From: a virus
Taxonomy: Duplodnaviria; Heunggongvirae; Uroviricota; Caudoviricetes
Virus record (IMG/VR): IMGVR_UViG_3300046522_000748
DNA: 64,000 bases
Strand: one strand, 5' to 3'
Below are positions 1 through 9,890 of this stretch, piece after piece. Under the pieces are notes generated by a model. That model made no database searches, was not told the origin of the DNA, and worked only from the letters and a program-made list of their open reading frames with translations. The position numbers and the translations under genes were made by a program. Positions within the stretch are counted from its first letter, which is position 1; each line of letters begins with the position of its first letter.

Positions 1-112
1 CGTGTCGATGAGCAACAAAATAGTCGTTTGTGACAAACTGGTGGAGCTGCGTTCCGAGATCTGTTTTCACTTTTTTCCATTCATTTTCGGTAAACACAAT
101 CGCTCGAAACAT
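1..112 (-). CDS. hypothetical protein, runs off the window edge (MFRAIVFTENEWKKVKTDLG...)
   Basis: ATG at 112 with TAAGG upstream, downstream of a consensus promoter; open to window start. Confidence 0.55.
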   Translation of the reverse strand, partial: MFRAIVFTENEWKKVKTDLGTQLHQFVTNDYFVAHRH

Positions 113-163
113 ACAATTCGCCTTAATACAGGTGTGGTCGCCAACAATGGCTATTAATTAATA

Positions 164-191
164 ATTATAGAAATGCAATTTAAATTGTCAA
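164..191 (-). promoter_or_regulatory. sigma70 promoter TTGACA-16-TATAAT
   Basis: both hexamers are consensus. Confidence 0.75.
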
Positions 192-219
192 TAGCAAAAA
201 CCGCGTCAACCAAAAGAAA

Positions 220-242
220 AAACGAGACCCAGGGTCTCGTTT
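220..242 (-). terminator. intrinsic terminator hairpin
   Basis: AAACGAGACCC-A-GGGTCTCGTTT with T-tract on minus strand, downstream of 331..753. Confidence 0.6.
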
Positions 243-330
243 AGTGTCAGCTGATGCCTGACTGAATGATACTTGGTGCTTAAAACCAGACCTCATTCGG
301 CGGTGCTCGCTCAGACCCGTAAGCTTGCGC

Positions 331-753
331 TTACTCCATATTTTGCGACACCGGGGCATTGGCGGCGTCGTGTTGCTCGCTTAGTGTACCTTGAGCTGTT
401 ACAAAGCGATTCTTTTTGTAATCAAACCCAATGTACCTGTAGAAATCGAACGGCGATGCATGAGATATGGTGCCCAGTGACTCATGTGGATCAAGTCCAA
501 TTGTCCTCCATATCTCAGCCTCTCTATTGTAGCTCTCCATGATTCGAACATCGAAATGCATCGGCATGGGCGTGTAATAGCCATGTTTGTCTTGGTAGGC
601 GCCGAACCGCTTCAATGCGCGCTGTTTGAAAGCATTCATGGATTTGTGTTGAATGTAAAATCCAGATTCTCTGGGTGCAGGGAGATGGACATGATGAAGG
701 GCAAACTCTTTGCCGTTTCGCTCTTCAATCACCATCATGTCAAATCGTCCCAT
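331..753 (-). CDS. hypothetical protein
   Basis: 140 aa ORF 2 nt downstream of HAD gene, GGAG RBS. Confidence 0.7.
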   Translation of the reverse strand: MGRFDMMVIEERNGKEFALHHVHLPAPRESGFYIQHKSMNAFKQRALKRFGAYQDKHGYYTPMPMHFDVRIMESYNREAEIWRTIGLDPHESLGTISHASPFDFYRYIGFDYKKNRFVTAQGTLSEQHDAANAPVSQNME

Positions 754-755
754 GG

Positions 756-1337
756 TTACTCCGCACTGGCCGCATTTTTTTCGATTACGTCCCTGCCAGC
801 AATTTCAGCCTCCACCGCAGCCACCTTCTCTTTGAGTCGATTGGCGGCAAAATCTCGCCACCCCTCGTACTCTCTGGTCTTCAGATCTCCGGTGACATAG
901 CGCAAATAGATGAGCTGATCCGTCATGATGCCATCGTAATTGGCTTTGACGTGGTGAACACCGTTGATGTTCACTGGGTCATCATCGACCGCAAGATAAT
1001 CAGTGTCTGGGTCAAGTCCGCCTTGTTGATCAATCCACTCCTGAATCTCTTCCTGGCGGGTGTTGCACGAATAACCGGTGCGCCATCGCTCATGAAAGTG
1101 AGGGATTTCCAGGTGGTACTTGCGCTTGAGTCGTGCGGCCATCGCAACAGGCTCAGTCGCCAATTTGCGCTCTACCGATGAGATGACCGCAAATGTGTTT
1201 GGTGTCTTCAGGAATTCATTCACGGCCCGCACCGACACTGGGTCATACTTGATGCCAGCCAAGGTCGAGCGCATCGTTACGAACGGGCCGTCGATGTCGA
1301 GGAAAACGATCCTTCGCTTGGCAGGTGTGTGGTACAT
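756..1337 (-). CDS. HAD-superfamily phosphatase, HAD_SAK_2 (RNA-repair associated) type
   Basis: motif I IVFLDIDG, VISS, RQEEIQEWI, motif IV YLAVDDD. Confidence 0.8.
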   Translation of the reverse strand: MYHTPAKRRIVFLDIDGPFVTMRSTLAGIKYDPVSVRAVNEFLKTPNTFAVISSVERKLATEPVAMAARLKRKYHLEIPHFHERWRTGYSCNTRQEEIQEWIDQQGGLDPDTDYLAVDDDPVNINGVHHVKANYDGIMTDQLIYLRYVTGDLKTREYEGWRDFAANRLKEKVAAVEAEIAGRDVIEKNAASAE

Positions 1338-1363
1338 GAAGTCATCCTGTTTAATTTAACAAA

Positions 1364-1403
1364 ATTATATAGAACCAGCACACCAGTGTCAACTCAAATG
1401 ACA
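1364..1403 (-). promoter_or_regulatory. sigma70 promoter TTGACA-17-TATAAT with TGTCA-N7-TGACA operator (1387-1403)
   Basis: exact palindrome with arms extended to CCAGTGTCA/TGACACTGG. Confidence 0.85.
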
Positions 1404-1424
1404 CTGGCGCCCGTTGTCGATGGA

Positions 1425-1943
1425 TTATTCACCAGGAAATGGCTGAGGGGATTTTTGATGCTCCCATGCATTTTTCGCGTCATCCAGCCGAGTCTCGCCT
1501 CGCAGGTAGTCGAGGTAAATCAAGTGCTCACTGGACAGGCCATCGCGGTCTGTTTTGATGGCAATCACTCCTTCAATGTTCACGGTCTCAGGGCAGATCA
1601 CAAGATGCTCTGTACCCTCCTCCAGCCCATTACGCTGAATCCAGGCGTTTATGCCTTCCTGATATGTTTTGCCGCCGATAAAAGCGCTGTGGTCTTGATG
1701 GAGTTCGGCCCCAACAATGTTCCGGCGCTCAAAAACAGTCCCATCGCCACGATCAAGTTTGGCATAAATGTGTTCGGCGCAAACGATAACAACCTGAGAG
1801 TTGACCTGATTGATGTATCGGTTGATTGCGGTTGAGCCTACTGGATCAGAAGCAAATCCACTGATTCTCGACCTGAGCGTGTCTAGTGAGCCATCAATGC
1901 TCAAAAACAAAATTCGTTTACTGGCTGGGGTCTTCAGCTTCAT
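1425..1943 (-). CDS. degenerate paralog of the HAD_SAK_2 phosphatase
   Basis: aligns with 756..1337 (TPAxKR..FLxIDG, DPV, EGINAWI, HLIYLDY) but has FLSIDG and lacks the DD motif. Confidence 0.75.
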   Translation of the reverse strand: MKLKTPASKRILFLSIDGSLDTLRSRISGFASDPVGSTAINRYINQVNSQVVIVCAEHIYAKLDRGDGTVFERRNIVGAELHQDHSAFIGGKTYQEGINAWIQRNGLEEGTEHLVICPETVNIEGVIAIKTDRDGLSSEHLIYLDYLRGETRLDDAKNAWEHQKSPQPFPGE

Positions 1944-2042
1944 TTTGAGTGTCCGTCTTGGTTGTCGGAAATAAGTCTCGAATAGCGAGGCATTTTGATC
2001 GTAACAGCCCAGGCAGCAAGCTGTCTGAATTATCCAGCCGGG

Positions 2043-2402
2043 TCAGTCTTGCTTAGCCATCCACCCGAAGGCCTTCTTACCGGCAAGTTTTCGTTCGTAT
2101 TGCGCGATTGCTCTGTCCAGGTCATTGATCTGGATCTTGCGCAGCTTGAGCAGCAGCCAACCGCTGCCCAGCAGAAGCAATGCCAAGACAATAAAAAATG
2201 GCATCATTTTTGAGCTAATGTTGAACAGTGTCAGCACGGTGGTACAGCCCGTACAAAACGCGAACATAGCCATGGTGTGCATGACATCCAGTCGGTCAAT
2301 CTGCTCGGCGCGATTAGCATCAATGGCTGCGGGCTCGGTGGCATTGACCATGGTCAGCAGAGCAACGAATTCATCCCCGGTGGGAATCATGCGCCAGTTC
2401 AT
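2043..2402 (-). CDS. small two-TM membrane protein
   Basis: two hydrophobic segments; abuts upstream gene. Confidence 0.65.
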   Translation of the reverse strand: MNWRMIPTGDEFVALLTMVNATEPAAIDANRAEQIDRLDVMHTMAMFAFCTGCTTVLTLFNISSKMMPFFIVLALLLLGSGWLLLKLRKIQINDLDRAIAQYERKLAGKKAFGWMAKQD

Positions 2403-2780
2403 TTAGCCTCCCGTCTGTGGGCTGGTTTTGAGGTGGTCGATCAATTCGGCAATGATAACTTTGTATTCCTTATCTGTCTTGATCAGATCCATCGCCAAGG
2501 CGGCAACGGCCAAAGCGTCAGCCGTTGCTGCGTTAGCATTCTTCAGCAACTCAAAATCAGGCACCGAGTAATCTTTCACCGCATCAAAGCAGTTGTAGCT
2601 GATGTTGATCGCCCGCCCCTCATGTTCGAAGGTACGATACTGCGGACTCAAGGTGTCACCCACCGTGATGTTCATGCTCATGTGAGGCTCTTTATAGCCT
2701 TTGACCGCGTAACTGACCTTCAAATACGGGCACTGGCGCCGTATTTTGTCACGATTAATGACTCGCTTGAATGTGCCCAT
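2403..2780 (-). CDS. hypothetical protein
   Basis: operon-style packing. Confidence 0.65.
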   Translation of the reverse strand: MGTFKRVINRDKIRRQCPYLKVSYAVKGYKEPHMSMNITVGDTLSPQYRTFEHEGRAINISYNCFDAVKDYSVPDFELLKNANAATADALAVAALAMDLIKTDKEYKVIIAELIDHLKTSPQTGG

Positions 2781-2783
2781 GGC

Positions 2784-3131
2784 TTATTCACTCACCGGAA
2801 AGACCAATGCCTCAAGGGCGTCCATTTGCTCGTGACCCATGTGCTTCGGACGCGAGTGCAGCCTGTCTATTTTCAGGCGAAGATCTTGCCAGCGGGTAGT
2901 GATTGCGCGCTCCGCATCAAACACTTCCTTGCTCGGGTACAGGCGACCTGCGGTGTACTCGGTTTTCTCGGCGCCAGTTTCGAGGTAGAACGTCGCGCCT
3001 GTGGTGTGCAGCAATACGCGACCTACCTTGGTGACTTCCACGGCATGGTTGCGATTGTTGTTGTTCACGTAGTAGGCGGTGTCGCCCTTTTTCAGGCTTT
3101 TGATCCAGTCGATGTGTGTCGAGGTTGTCAT
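2784..3131 (-). CDS. hypothetical phage-type protein
   Basis: first gene after promoter, AGGA RBS. Confidence 0.7.
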   Translation of the reverse strand: MTTSTHIDWIKSLKKGDTAYYVNNNNRNHAVEVTKVGRVLLHTTGATFYLETGAEKTEYTAGRLYPSKEVFDAERAITTRWQDLRLKIDRLHSRPKHMGHEQMDALEALVFPVSE

Positions 3132-3151
3132 GGTTGCGATTCCTGATTTAA

Positions 3152-3259
3152 TGTCAACATGATAAACATATTTTCATATTTTGTCAATGTTTTGTTGAGG
3201 ATCTTGCCGCCTCCGCCAGTGAAAATACCATTGACATTAGTACGTAATGCGCATATAAT
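3152..3259. promoter_or_regulatory. divergent sigma70 promoters; variant operator TGTCA-N7-AAACA at 3152-3168
   Basis: plus TTGACA-17-TATAAT at 3231-3259; minus TTGACA-17-TATCAT. Confidence 0.75.
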
Positions 3260-3288
3260 AACCGCAATTATCCATATGAGCGAGTCTA

Positions 3289-3813
3289 ATGAACGACCAT
3301 ATCGCCGCAACCCTTGATGGCATCCCTTTTGACACCAAACAGGCGGCATACGTCCGTAAGGTTGGGGGTGAGTATTCGAATGAAATCCGAGTTTACGACG
3401 GGTTTAATGTTGCGAGAGGCGCCGTTCGCAGTGGTCTGGCGAGCGTCATCGAAAGCAAGTGGCTCGATTACCGGGGTAATAGTGCTCTTGCCCTTGAGCA
3501 TTACGGATTGCCTGATATTTTGAAGGAAACGACATATCAAGATTGCACCACTTGCAAGCTCGATGTGCGAGATCTCACCTTGATGGTGGTGTTGTACAAC
3601 GGAGACATGTTGCATGGTCAAAAGCAAGACAAGCGCTGCCAGTGGAAAATCCAGCTAAACGCCGCTATCGTCGAAGAAAACTTCATTAAAAGCCTGGATT
3701 ATGAGCTAATAGATCATCTTGAGAATGATTTTGAGGATGAAGAGAAGCGGAAGAAAGCGGCTCGCATGCGCGAAATCTTTCTAGAGCAATACGTCACCTC
3801 CGCTGACGTGTAA
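3289..3813 (+). CDS. hypothetical protein (paralog of 3869..4423)
   Basis: directly after promoter; shared C-terminal pattern LDV...WxI...SL...L...EE.R.K..R. Confidence 0.7.
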   Translation: MNDHIAATLDGIPFDTKQAAYVRKVGGEYSNEIRVYDGFNVARGAVRSGLASVIESKWLDYRGNSALALEHYGLPDILKETTYQDCTTCKLDVRDLTLMVVLYNGDMLHGQKQDKRCQWKIQLNAAIVEENFIKSLDYELIDHLENDFEDEEKRKKAARMREIFLEQYVTSADV

Positions 3814-3868
3814 TTCTCTACAGCCCGACCAATTCGTCGGGCTCACCCCTTTCGCGTGAGATCCTTTT

Positions 3869-4423
3869 ATGAACATTGATTACATTAAACAAACCCAGCG
3901 GGCGATCAAGCAATTTGTGGTGGCTCAGCCTTACGTTGATAAACGCTCTGCTCTGCTCAATCACGGCCATGTCACCGTGCCGGGTATCTCCAATGACAAA
4001 ACAGAGCGCGACATTATTCTGGCCATCAAGGGGGCCGAGACGGTTTCGGTGCAGGTGGGCAGCAAAGTTCAGATTGAATCCACGCTGGCGCGACTTCTGT
4101 ATGATTATTCCGGCTGCTTGGACTTTAAGACTGCCTACGACATTCAGCGTTCCGTCTTGCGCCTGGACGTGTGTATGAAAACGCTGAACAGCCCCCGTAA
4201 AATGTCGCCAGCTCAAGCAATTTTCCTTGTTAACTCATCATGGGAAATCACTTTCCCGACAGCCGAGTTTGAGCGTCTGAGCGAAGATAGCCTCAATATC
4301 GCGCTGACTGAGTTCCTGATCAACAAGGACATTGAAGAGCAGCAGCGCATCAAGCATGAGCGCATCCAGGCGCTGTATGGCACGCTAATCAGTAGTACTT
4401 CGACCACAAGCGCTCAGCAGTGA
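3869..4423 (+). CDS. hypothetical protein (paralog of 3289..3813)
   Basis: 184 aa; C-terminal similarity as above. Confidence 0.7.
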   Translation: MNIDYIKQTQRAIKQFVVAQPYVDKRSALLNHGHVTVPGISNDKTERDIILAIKGAETVSVQVGSKVQIESTLARLLYDYSGCLDFKTAYDIQRSVLRLDVCMKTLNSPRKMSPAQAIFLVNSSWEITFPTAEFERLSEDSLNIALTEFLINKDIEEQQRIKHERIQALYGTLISSTSTTSAQQ

Positions 4424-4424
4424 G

Positions 4425-4778
4425 CTAGCCAATAAGGCTGGGTGGCAGCACCTCGATCACCGCAAACACCTTTGTTCTCGGATGCGTATTTGCTTTATCG
4501 AAACGCCGCCCACACCGAACTGTAAACCAGTGATCTCTGACACAGATGATGTATGTCTTCCCTTCATCAAGGGTCGGCAGAAACTGTTTCACGGTCACTG
4601 CGTTTTCTGGCTTTAGCATTGAAGTAATTTGAAAGCCCATGTCGCGCAGCAAGCACCATCCGGCAACGCTGTTCCACCCCTTCTCGCTGTCCCAGCCTCT
4701 CTGCGCAGCAAGAGACATGATGACCGATAGGTCTTCTCCGGTTGCAATATGAATGGCGTATGGAACGCAGTCGCTCAT
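4425..4778 (-). CDS. putative papain-like/C39-like Cys-His-Asp protein
   Basis: DCVPYAIHIATG...HWFTV...FD; same pattern in 37030..37512; start adjusted to MSDCVP. Confidence 0.55.
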   Translation of the reverse strand: MSDCVPYAIHIATGEDLSVIMSLAAQRGWDSEKGWNSVAGWCLLRDMGFQITSMLKPENAVTVKQFLPTLDEGKTYIICVRDHWFTVRCGRRFDKANTHPRTKVFAVIEVLPPSLIG

Positions 4779-4824
4779 GAGGCTTTCCAGTAATTCAATG
4801 TGTTTGGGGTGCCGTATCCCTAAT

Positions 4825-5301
4825 TTATTCGCCGAATATATGAGGGTACATAAGTTTAGCAGCCTCAAGCCTACCTGAAGCCGAAGCGATTGGCAGTACA
4901 CGCTGTTGCTGTCCCGCCGTTATATCTCGCATCAACTCAGCAAGCTCCGCCTCGCTCGAAACCACGCGCCCTTCAAGAGACTTTAGCAAAGCCCCAGAGG
5001 CGCTATCCTTCACCACAATTCGGCGAGGCCAGCGAGCGGGTGGCGTATCGAACACCTGACCGTCATGCGAATACCACTTCCACTCATCAAGGCTGAATTG
5101 ATCCCAATGTCCCTGGATCACCGGCTCTGCCTCAAGGATGATCAGTCCAGAGACTGGCCCGTCACCCCCTCCCCATGCAGTAGGTCCAAAGTGATGAGTC
5201 GGATGGGGCGCGGTGGTATCACAGACAATCGACAGTCGCTCCCAGTCATCGTCGTTGTCGTAGAGAAACCAGCCTGCGCCAAGATCAATAAAGTGTTTCA
5301 T
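4825..5301 (-). CDS. hypothetical protein
   Basis: AAGGA RBS before MKHFIDLG. Confidence 0.65.
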   Translation of the reverse strand: MKHFIDLGAGWFLYDNDDDWERLSIVCDTTAPHPTHHFGPTAWGGGDGPVSGLIILEAEPVIQGHWDQFSLDEWKWYSHDGQVFDTPPARWPRRIVVKDSASGALLKSLEGRVVSSEAELAELMRDITAGQQQRVLPIASASGRLEAAKLMYPHIFGE

Positions 5302-5430
5302 GCATCGTTTCCTTTGATTATTTTTTGCGTTAATAACCGCCTCTTGTACCGACAAAGCCCGCGACAGTGGCGGGCTTCATTTAGGATTATCAGATTTTCA
5401 GGACTCAACGCCTTCGAAGAGCCATATTCC

Positions 5431-5961
5431 TTAAACCAAGCGCAGATGAGGGGCGGTATCAACCTGAATCGTCACTATGTCGTGAAGGGGCATCATGAGC
5501 ATCAGTTCGAAGCCCATGGTCTCAAACCAGTCGCAATTCAAGCGCCTACCGTCGTCGGCAGGCAAACTCAGAAATTCGTTTTGGTCTGACCAGAATGCGC
5601 GACTGACCGGATGGGCAAAGTCGATTTCGCACACACCATTGGGATAATGGCAAACAATCAGATCCCAGGAGGCGTCTGGCGGGGTTGGCCATTGGTAATC
5701 GGCAGCGGCGTAACGATCTTGCTGCCGCCCTCCAGAGAGGCCATGACAGCCATATACAAAGGCCCGAATCTGCCACATCCTGATCGGCAGGCCTTTTTCT
5801 TTCAGGCCAAAGCACAGGTGCTTGAATGCCTGCCTGACAAGGTGCCTGGGCAGTCTCCAGGCGTAGCAATTCAGGCCCTGCTGATAAAAAAGCTCAAACG
5901 CCCTGTTCGGGTAGCCATTTCCGTCTTCTGAATGCGTGAGAAGCACTTGTTTAATGGACAT
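5431..5961 (-). CDS. hypothetical protein
   Basis: start MSIKQVLL adjacent to upstream stop; hairpin at 5356-5378 downstream. Confidence 0.7.
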   Translation of the reverse strand: MSIKQVLLTHSEDGNGYPNRAFELFYQQGLNCYAWRLPRHLVRQAFKHLCFGLKEKGLPIRMWQIRAFVYGCHGLSGGRQQDRYAAADYQWPTPPDASWDLIVCHYPNGVCEIDFAHPVSRAFWSDQNEFLSLPADDGRRLNCDWFETMGFELMLMMPLHDIVTIQVDTAPHLRLV

Positions 5962-5962
5962 A

Positions 5963-6421
5963 TCAAGCCCAGACCGGCGTGTCATCTGCCACATCGCGAG
6001 TGATGGGCGGCGTAAAGGAGTCGGCAATTTCTGTAGGGATCTCGCCACCGAAGGCACGGCGAAAATCCCCCACGGTGAAGCCAATAACTCCGGCGCTCGG
6101 CGCCACAATGAGGTCAATGGCCGCACGCACGCAGCAGGCCACCCGATTACCCAGCTCGCCCACCGTTTGGCCTTTGCGCTCCATGAGCAGACGATTGTCC
6201 CAAAGGTAATCGTCAATGATGCTGGACACATGATAGCCATCAAGCTTGCTGTCCCAGTCGGCCAGCTTGCCGTCAGAGCTGTAGCAGCCCAGGCGATCCA
6301 TGGCGCCGTCCACATGCATCACCAATTTCTCTCGACGGCGCTCCGTCATGGGCGAGTCCCAGGACTTTGCCAGCCCAACCGCCAACTGAGTGGTGCGTTC
6401 CAGTTGTGTCATCGTAGTCAT
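5963..6421 (-). CDS. hypothetical protein
   Basis: operon packing. Confidence 0.65.
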   Translation of the reverse strand: MTTMTQLERTTQLAVGLAKSWDSPMTERRREKLVMHVDGAMDRLGCYSSDGKLADWDSKLDGYHVSSIIDDYLWDNRLLMERKGQTVGELGNRVACCVRAAIDLIVAPSAGVIGFTVGDFRRAFGGEIPTEIADSFTPPITRDVADDTPVWA

Positions 6422-6428
6422 GCGATTC

Positions 6429-7322
6429 TCACTCATCGGTTGGGAATGGTGGCGCAGGCTGCCACTGGCCGTTGTCACGAAACGGGCTTAGGACTTTGAT
6501 TTCTTCGCCACAGTGTTGGCAAAATTCGCTTGGTCTGTCCCGGCTGTCTTCAAAATGGATTCTGCTGCCGCTGCACTGAACCTCATAGCGGTGACCGTTC
6601 TCTTCCTCGCGCCAATAGCAATATTTCGGCTCGACAGTTTCCGTGACCAGGAACGGCACATACACGTAGCCATCATGGATCGCTTGATCCTTGTGCTTCT
6701 TGGTCGGCTGTTGGCTGGAGTGACCCATTACAAAGCCATCTTTCTGCCGCACAAGGTTCCAGCCGCGTGACAGGCCGGTAGGACGCGGTACGGTGGCACT
6801 CGGTGCTGGGTACTCAAATTGCGCACGCTCAGCGGCTTCCAGCAGCCGTTCAGCACTGATCAGATCCACACTCAGTGCCTTGGGTTTCTCTGGACTGTAT
6901 TTGGCGTCAAACTGCAATTGGCGCACTTGGGCGCGGAATTGGTTAATCGTGCCTTGAGTTGCCGGATCTGCTTGACCTTCGGAGATCGCCAACTCTTTGC
7001 CGATCAAGTCAATGAGTGCAGCGCCCACATCGGTGGCGTTACCCAGATGGTCGTAATATTCACGACCTTTCCATGTTTCGGCGAATTGAAGGGCCACACT
7101 GAGTCGAGCTTTGGCTTCATGAACAGCCATGGCTGAGGCACTGCGCGAGAGCATCCCCGGCACCAGAAATTCATCTTCATGCAGTACATTGGGTTCTGCC
7201 GCTCGCGACATACGTGCCAATTCACGAGCCAGACTCTGCGGAGCCATGTCCACAATCGTTGGCAGCAGTCGCTCCATCCACTTACGGAAATACTGGTCAT
7301 CCAGTCCGAACTGATTATCCAT
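6429..7322 (-). CDS. hypothetical protein with C-terminal Cys/zinc-ribbon motif
   Basis: 297 aa, GGAG RBS, C..W...C...FCQHCG. Confidence 0.7.
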   Translation of the reverse strand: MDNQFGLDDQYFRKWMERLLPTIVDMAPQSLARELARMSRAAEPNVLHEDEFLVPGMLSRSASAMAVHEAKARLSVALQFAETWKGREYYDHLGNATDVGAALIDLIGKELAISEGQADPATQGTINQFRAQVRQLQFDAKYSPEKPKALSVDLISAERLLEAAERAQFEYPAPSATVPRPTGLSRGWNLVRQKDGFVMGHSSQQPTKKHKDQAIHDGYVYVPFLVTETVEPKYCYWREEENGHRYEVQCSGSRIHFEDSRDRPSEFCQHCGEEIKVLSPFRDNGQWQPAPPFPTDE

Positions 7323-7422
7323 TTACCAAATCTCCAAACATTTGTGGTTGGGCATGCTTTACACCAATAGCCGATTATCATCGGAAATGGCCCAGCGGGT
7401 TCTTTGTCTTGCTCACCTGAAT

Positions 7423-8073
7423 TTACGCTTTCGGGTACGGATACGGCTCTGGTGGATTCATCAGGCCGGTATTATCGTATACGCGTGGCGATTGGTGTTT
7501 GAGGGTGTAGAGCCAATAGGCGCTCTCTTCAGGTGTGGCATCTCGAACAGTGATTTCAAAAGCGTCGTTGTGTTTTTTGTTAAAGGCAATGGTGTCTTCT
7601 TTGCCCTGAAACACGGTGCCCTCGACCACTACGAAGTCACCCCCCAGGTTGGCGACGACGATGTTTCGCTTGCGTGGCCGCTCAACCTGCTTGAAGGTGT
7701 CCGTACCGGCGTGCAGGCGAAGCATTTCGGCTTTGACATCAACTGCCGACTTGCCTTCTTTCAGCATGGCCTTGGCTTTTTCACAGAGATCAACGGCGTC
7801 CTGCATAGCTGCAATCGCTGTTTTTGTAGCTTCAAGCTGATCGGCAAACCAATTGCTGTCATCCGTCCTGCGTTTATGGGCGAGGAAAAACAATGGATCT
7901 TCCGTGCCTGCCTCTATTTCTGCGGCATCCACAACAATCGTGGCGGTGAAGATCAGCGCGCCATCTGGCTGATCCGGGAAATATTTCAGCTCAAAGTTTT
8001 CGCTTGCATTGGCGTCATCAGAAGACTGGATGAGTTCAATGGTGCGCTTAAAAGGCTGTTTGCAGTCTGACAT
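7423..8073 (-). CDS. hypothetical protein
   Basis: 216 aa ORF. Confidence 0.7.
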   Translation of the reverse strand: MSDCKQPFKRTIELIQSSDDANASENFELKYFPDQPDGALIFTATIVVDAAEIEAGTEDPLFFLAHKRRTDDSNWFADQLEATKTAIAAMQDAVDLCEKAKAMLKEGKSAVDVKAEMLRLHAGTDTFKQVERPRKRNIVVANLGGDFVVVEGTVFQGKEDTIAFNKKHNDAFEITVRDATPEESAYWLYTLKHQSPRVYDNTGLMNPPEPYPYPKA

Positions 8074-8134
8074 GTCAAGATCCGGTATAAAGTGGTTGTC
8101 CCGCAGGCAATTTGCGCTGCCTGCGATCTAGGGG

Positions 8135-8527
8135 TTATTCCGTGATGCGGTTCAACACCTTGTCGGCGAGTGAATACAGCACCGGGTCGCCGCCCGCTTC
8201 ACCTTCGATCACCGCCATCTCACCTTTGAGTCGAGCAAGCGCCAGAATCACCCCTTGTACCTCGTGAACGGAGAGACGCTCGCCGTTGATGTCGATCACC
8301 ACATCTTCAATTCGGCGAACCGGCAATTCTTCGAGGGCAACCACCACTTGGTAGGTCATGTCCTCATTGCCTTGTGCCTTGCACACTTCCAGCGCCTTGC
8401 GCAGCAGGGCGTGCGTGATAACGCCATCGCTTGCGGCCTTGTTGAACTCGTAGGAGTGCGCGGCGAAGCCTGCGGTAGCGGCCATCGCGGACATGCGGGT
8501 TAGCAGGTTCTGCTGATGTGGTTTCAT
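8135..8527 (-). CDS. hypothetical protein
   Basis: operon packing. Confidence 0.65.
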   Translation of the reverse strand: MKPHQQNLLTRMSAMAATAGFAAHSYEFNKAASDGVITHALLRKALEVCKAQGNEDMTYQVVVALEELPVRRIEDVVIDINGERLSVHEVQGVILALARLKGEMAVIEGEAGGDPVLYSLADKVLNRITE

Positions 8528-8531
8528 GGTA

Positions 8532-8786
8532 TCAGCCCGCCATCACGAGGGTTTGGATGGTCTTGCGAAAGGCGGCAACGTCGTTGAGAACGAGGTAATC
8601 GCCAGCAGGCTCGGTGAGTTCAAAGCGCACATCGTCGATAACGACGTAATGCTCATCAAGGATGTTTACTTCAACATCATGCTTGTCGTTGCAGGTCACA
8701 ACGCCGGTTGCGGTGTCGATCAAGCACTTGCTTTCCAGATCGATGCCGTTGTCCCACGATGAGATGTATGTGCCGAGAAGAATCAT
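8532..8786 (-). CDS. hypothetical phage-type protein
   Basis: first ORF after promoter. Confidence 0.7.
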   Translation of the reverse strand: MILLGTYISSWDNGIDLESKCLIDTATGVVTCNDKHDVEVNILDEHYVVIDDVRFELTEPAGDYLVLNDVAAFRKTIQTLVMAG

Positions 8787-8815
8787 GTTGAAGTCTCTGT
8801 CAAATTTGTCTGCCC

Positions 8816-8894
8816 ATTATACGCAAAGCCTAGCTGCCTGTCAATGCCATTGACCAACAATGATCATTGACAGAACCAATACTGAAAATATAAT
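8816..8894. promoter_or_regulatory. divergent sigma70 promoters; operator TGTCA-N7-TGACC at 8839-8855
   Basis: minus TTGACA-17-TATAAT; plus TTGACA-16-TATAAT at 8867-8894. Confidence 0.8.
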
Positions 8895-8931
8895 ATCAGC
8901 CTAACTATAGACTCATAAAGGCCAAGCACTC

Positions 8932-9489
8932 ATGACCACGGCAGCATTCAGACCTCATCTACGCCTCAAGAAATCCTGCCTCCCGGCATTCGAGCGGTCG
9001 CTGATCCAGGTTTGGATCAGGGATATTTTTTCCAGAGGCATCGACCAGCAATATCGAATCGAGGCTAATATTCTGGCACACCTGAAAGACTGTCCAGATG
9101 AGATTGAGGCTTACAAAACCACCAGCCAGCGTTGCATCAAGCGCCTTCAACAGGCCGAAAAATCACTGGTGGTCGCCGAAGAACAGGATTTCTGGCTAAT
9201 GTCGTTTGATTTCAAAAATGATAACGATCTGTTTGAACAGGAGCACCCTGAATATCGCATTCGCTCGTGGCTGATCAATGAGATCGACGTGACCATTCTT
9301 CAGCGACTCAACACCAGTGTCACCATGCTCATGATGCAGCACATGGCGGGCACTGAACACGCCATCAGATACCCTGAAATGAGCAACCAGTTGGCTGGAT
9401 TTATCCAGGCACTGGAGGAGGTCTCGTTGTCTTGCCTGAAGCTCGCTCCTGGCGAATACAGCCCAATGTTCTTTATTGAGGGCGCGTAA
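8932..9489 (+). CDS. hypothetical protein
   Basis: first gene of plus-strand operon. Confidence 0.7.
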   Translation: MTTAAFRPHLRLKKSCLPAFERSLIQVWIRDIFSRGIDQQYRIEANILAHLKDCPDEIEAYKTTSQRCIKRLQQAEKSLVVAEEQDFWLMSFDFKNDNDLFEQEHPEYRIRSWLINEIDVTILQRLNTSVTMLMMQHMAGTEHAIRYPEMSNQLAGFIQALEEVSLSCLKLAPGEYSPMFFIEGA

Positions 9490-9890
9490 TGGGGCAGGCC
9501 AACCTTCACCGGCTAACACCGGTTGCCAGGGTGTGCGGCACTCAATGGACAGAGCGTACCCAGCAGTCAGAATTGCCGTTCTGTGCAAGTATCAGGTCAA
9601 GCATCGATCATGCCTATTTCGATAATGCTTTGGGTGTAATGGATCATCATTTTGCAAGGCAGAAAGCCGTGCATGACCTTATCTATCATCAACTCACCTA
9701 CCCATTAAATCGAGGTGGCTCTTTTTATCCTCACTACATTGCCTTTCAGGATGACAACCAATTCATCTGGAATGAAAATGGCGCTGAAAAAGAACAATGG
9801 GCGACGTGTTTTGCAAATGCAGGCAATGGCAAGAGCCGCACAACTTTGGCCTTTGTTTTTAATCAGGTGTACGCAGGGAGGCGTGTATGA
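9489..9890 (+). CDS. hypothetical protein
   Basis: TAATG overlap with upstream gene. Confidence 0.65.
   Translation: MGQANLHRLTPVARVCGTQWTERTQQSELPFCASIRSSIDHAYFDNALGVMDHHFARQKAVHDLIYHQLTYPLNRGGSFYPHYIAFQDDNQFIWNENGAEKEQWATCFANAGNGKSRTTLAFVFNQVYAGRRV

Noticed and set aside
8839-8855. Operator as an FNR/ANR or LexA box
   Set aside because: FNR/ANR is TTGAT-N4-ATCAA and LexA is CTGT-N8-ACAG; neither half-site nor spacing matches.
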